From the NCBI GenBank assembly GCA_002269645.1, contig NIVC01001790.1, positions 1 through 35,667 of the forward strand: DNA of 35,667 nt. The letters run 5' to 3'. Made by a program: the position numbers and the translations under genes. Source of the DNA: Macrostomum lignano (taxonomy: Eukaryota). The notes beneath the pieces were generated by a model. That model ran no database searches, was not told the DNA's origin, and saw only the letters and a list, made by a program, of their open reading frames with translations. This document shows, one piece after another, positions 34,390 through 35,667 of this stretch (position 1 is its first letter; every line of letters starts with the position of its first letter).

Positions 34390-35455
34390 TCAGGTAAGTC
34401 GCAAAAAGGATCAGGTAAGTCGCAACAGGAATCAGGTAAGTCGCAAAAGGGTTAGGTAAGTCGCAAAAAGGATTAGGTAAGTCCAAAAAGGATTAGGTAA
34501 GTCGCAAAAAGGATCAGGTAAGTCGCAAAAGGGTTAGGTAAGTCGCAAAAAGGATTAGGTAAGTCACAAAAAGGATTAGGTAAGTCGCAAAAAGGATTAG
34601 GTAAGTCCAAAAAGGATTAGGTAAGTCGCAAAAAGGATTAGGTAAGTCGCAAAAAGGATTAGGTAAGTCGCAAAAAGGATTAGGTAAGTCCCAAAAAGGA
34701 TTAGGTAAGTCGCAAAAGGATTAGGTAAGTCGCAAAAAGGATTAAGTAAGTCGCAAAAAGGATTAGGTAAGTCGCAAAAAGGATTAGGTAAGTCGCAAAA
34801 AGGATTAGGTAAGTCACAAAGGGTTAGGTAAGTCGCAAAAGGATTAGGTAAGTCGCAAAAAGGATTAGGTAAGTCGCAAAAAGGATTAGGTAAGTCACAA
34901 AGGGTTAGGTAAGTCGCAAAAGGATTAAGTAAGTCGCAAAAAGGATTAAGTAAGTCGCAAAAAGGATTAGGTAAGTCGCAAAAGGGTTAGGTAAGTCGCA
35001 AAAGGATTAGGTAAGTCGCAAAAAGGATTAAGTAAGTCGCAAAAAGGATTAGGTAAGTCGCAAAAGGGTTAGGTAAGTCGCAAAAGGATTAGGTAAGTCG
35101 CAAAAAGGATTAGGTAAGTCACAAAGGGTTAGGTAAGTCGCAAAAGGATTAAGTAAGTCGCAAAAAGGATTAAGTAAGTCGCAAAAAGGATTAGGTAAGT
35201 CGCAAAAGGGTTAGGTAAGTCGCAAAAGGATTAGGTAAGTCGCAAAAAGGATTAGGTAAGTCGCAAAAAGGATTAGGTAAGTCACAAAGGGTTAGGTAAG
35301 TCGCAAAAGGATTAAGTAAGTCGCAAAAGGATTAAGTAAGTCGCAAAAAGGATTAGGTAAGTCGCAAAAGGGTTAGGTAAGTCGCAAAAGGATTAGGTAA
35401 GTCGCAAAAAGGATTAAGTAAGTCGCAAAAAGGATTAGGTAAGTCGCAAAAAGAA
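34390..35455. repeat. 20-21-bp minisatellite (GGATTAGGTAAGTCGCAAAAA), ~50 copies
   Basis: Directly visible tandem array with recurrent variants GGGTTAGG, GGATTAAG and GTCAC. Confidence 0.95.
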
Positions 35456-35625
35456 ACAACTAAGTCGCAATAAGAGGGAATAAGTCACAATCAGAGGCAA
35501 TCAGGGGTAGTAGGTGCAAGTGTGGCAAGAGAGCAAAAACAGAATAGAAGCCTTCAACCACAGGCAAGATCTTTGAAATCAGAAGCCCGCGTCAACAGTT
35601 TCCCATTGATTTCTTAAACTCTGAG

Positions 35626-35667
35626 CAGGGGTTGGCAAACTCTGGCTCGCGAAGCCCCTCTATCTGG
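35626..35667. mobile_element. Probable left end of a hAT (Charlie-like) MITE, truncated by the window edge
   Basis: CAGGGGTTGGCAAACTCTGGCTCGCG resembles the CAGGGGTNGGCAAAC termini of hAT MITEs; the partner end is not in the window. Confidence 0.4.

Noticed and set aside
34390-35455. TTAGG within the 21-mer as telomeric repeat
   Set aside because: A single TTAGG per unit embedded in non-telomeric sequence; no tandem (TTAGGG)n.

Overview
Eukaryotic (animal) genomic DNA: spliced genes with GC-rich, Gln/Ala/Ser-rich exons, AT-rich introns, and many mini/microsatellites and DNA-transposon derivatives. The style is reminiscent of the flatworm Macrostomum, but that is inference only. No rRNA, tRNA or CRISPR array was seen. 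Left to right: (1) probably the last codons of an upstream + gene; (2) a ~5 kb transposon-debris block containing an IS630/Tc1-like N-terminal remnant running into a THAP-domain ORF, the C-terminus of a P/THAP9-like transposase, and a Crypton-type tyrosine-recombinase fragment among many CCATAGA...TCTATGG-bounded palindromic modules; (3) a minus-strand multi-exon gene (~7.3-14.6 kb) for a ~1450-aa low-complexity protein; (4) a divergent spacer with 41-bp and 32-bp minisatellites; (5) a six-exon + gene (21296-26292, 1276 aa) for a SEC14/CRAL-TRIO + spectrin-repeat protein with a long disordered tail and an apparent GC-AG first intron; (6) a Tc1-type MITE carrying a retro-like insertion with a 14-bp TSD; (7) a LysMD3/4-like gene whose LysM domain is split by a 3.4-kb intron holding further MITEs, followed by two satellites built from splice-acceptor-like and splice-donor motifs on either side of a short GC-rich island. 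All exon models, alignments and counts were made by eye.
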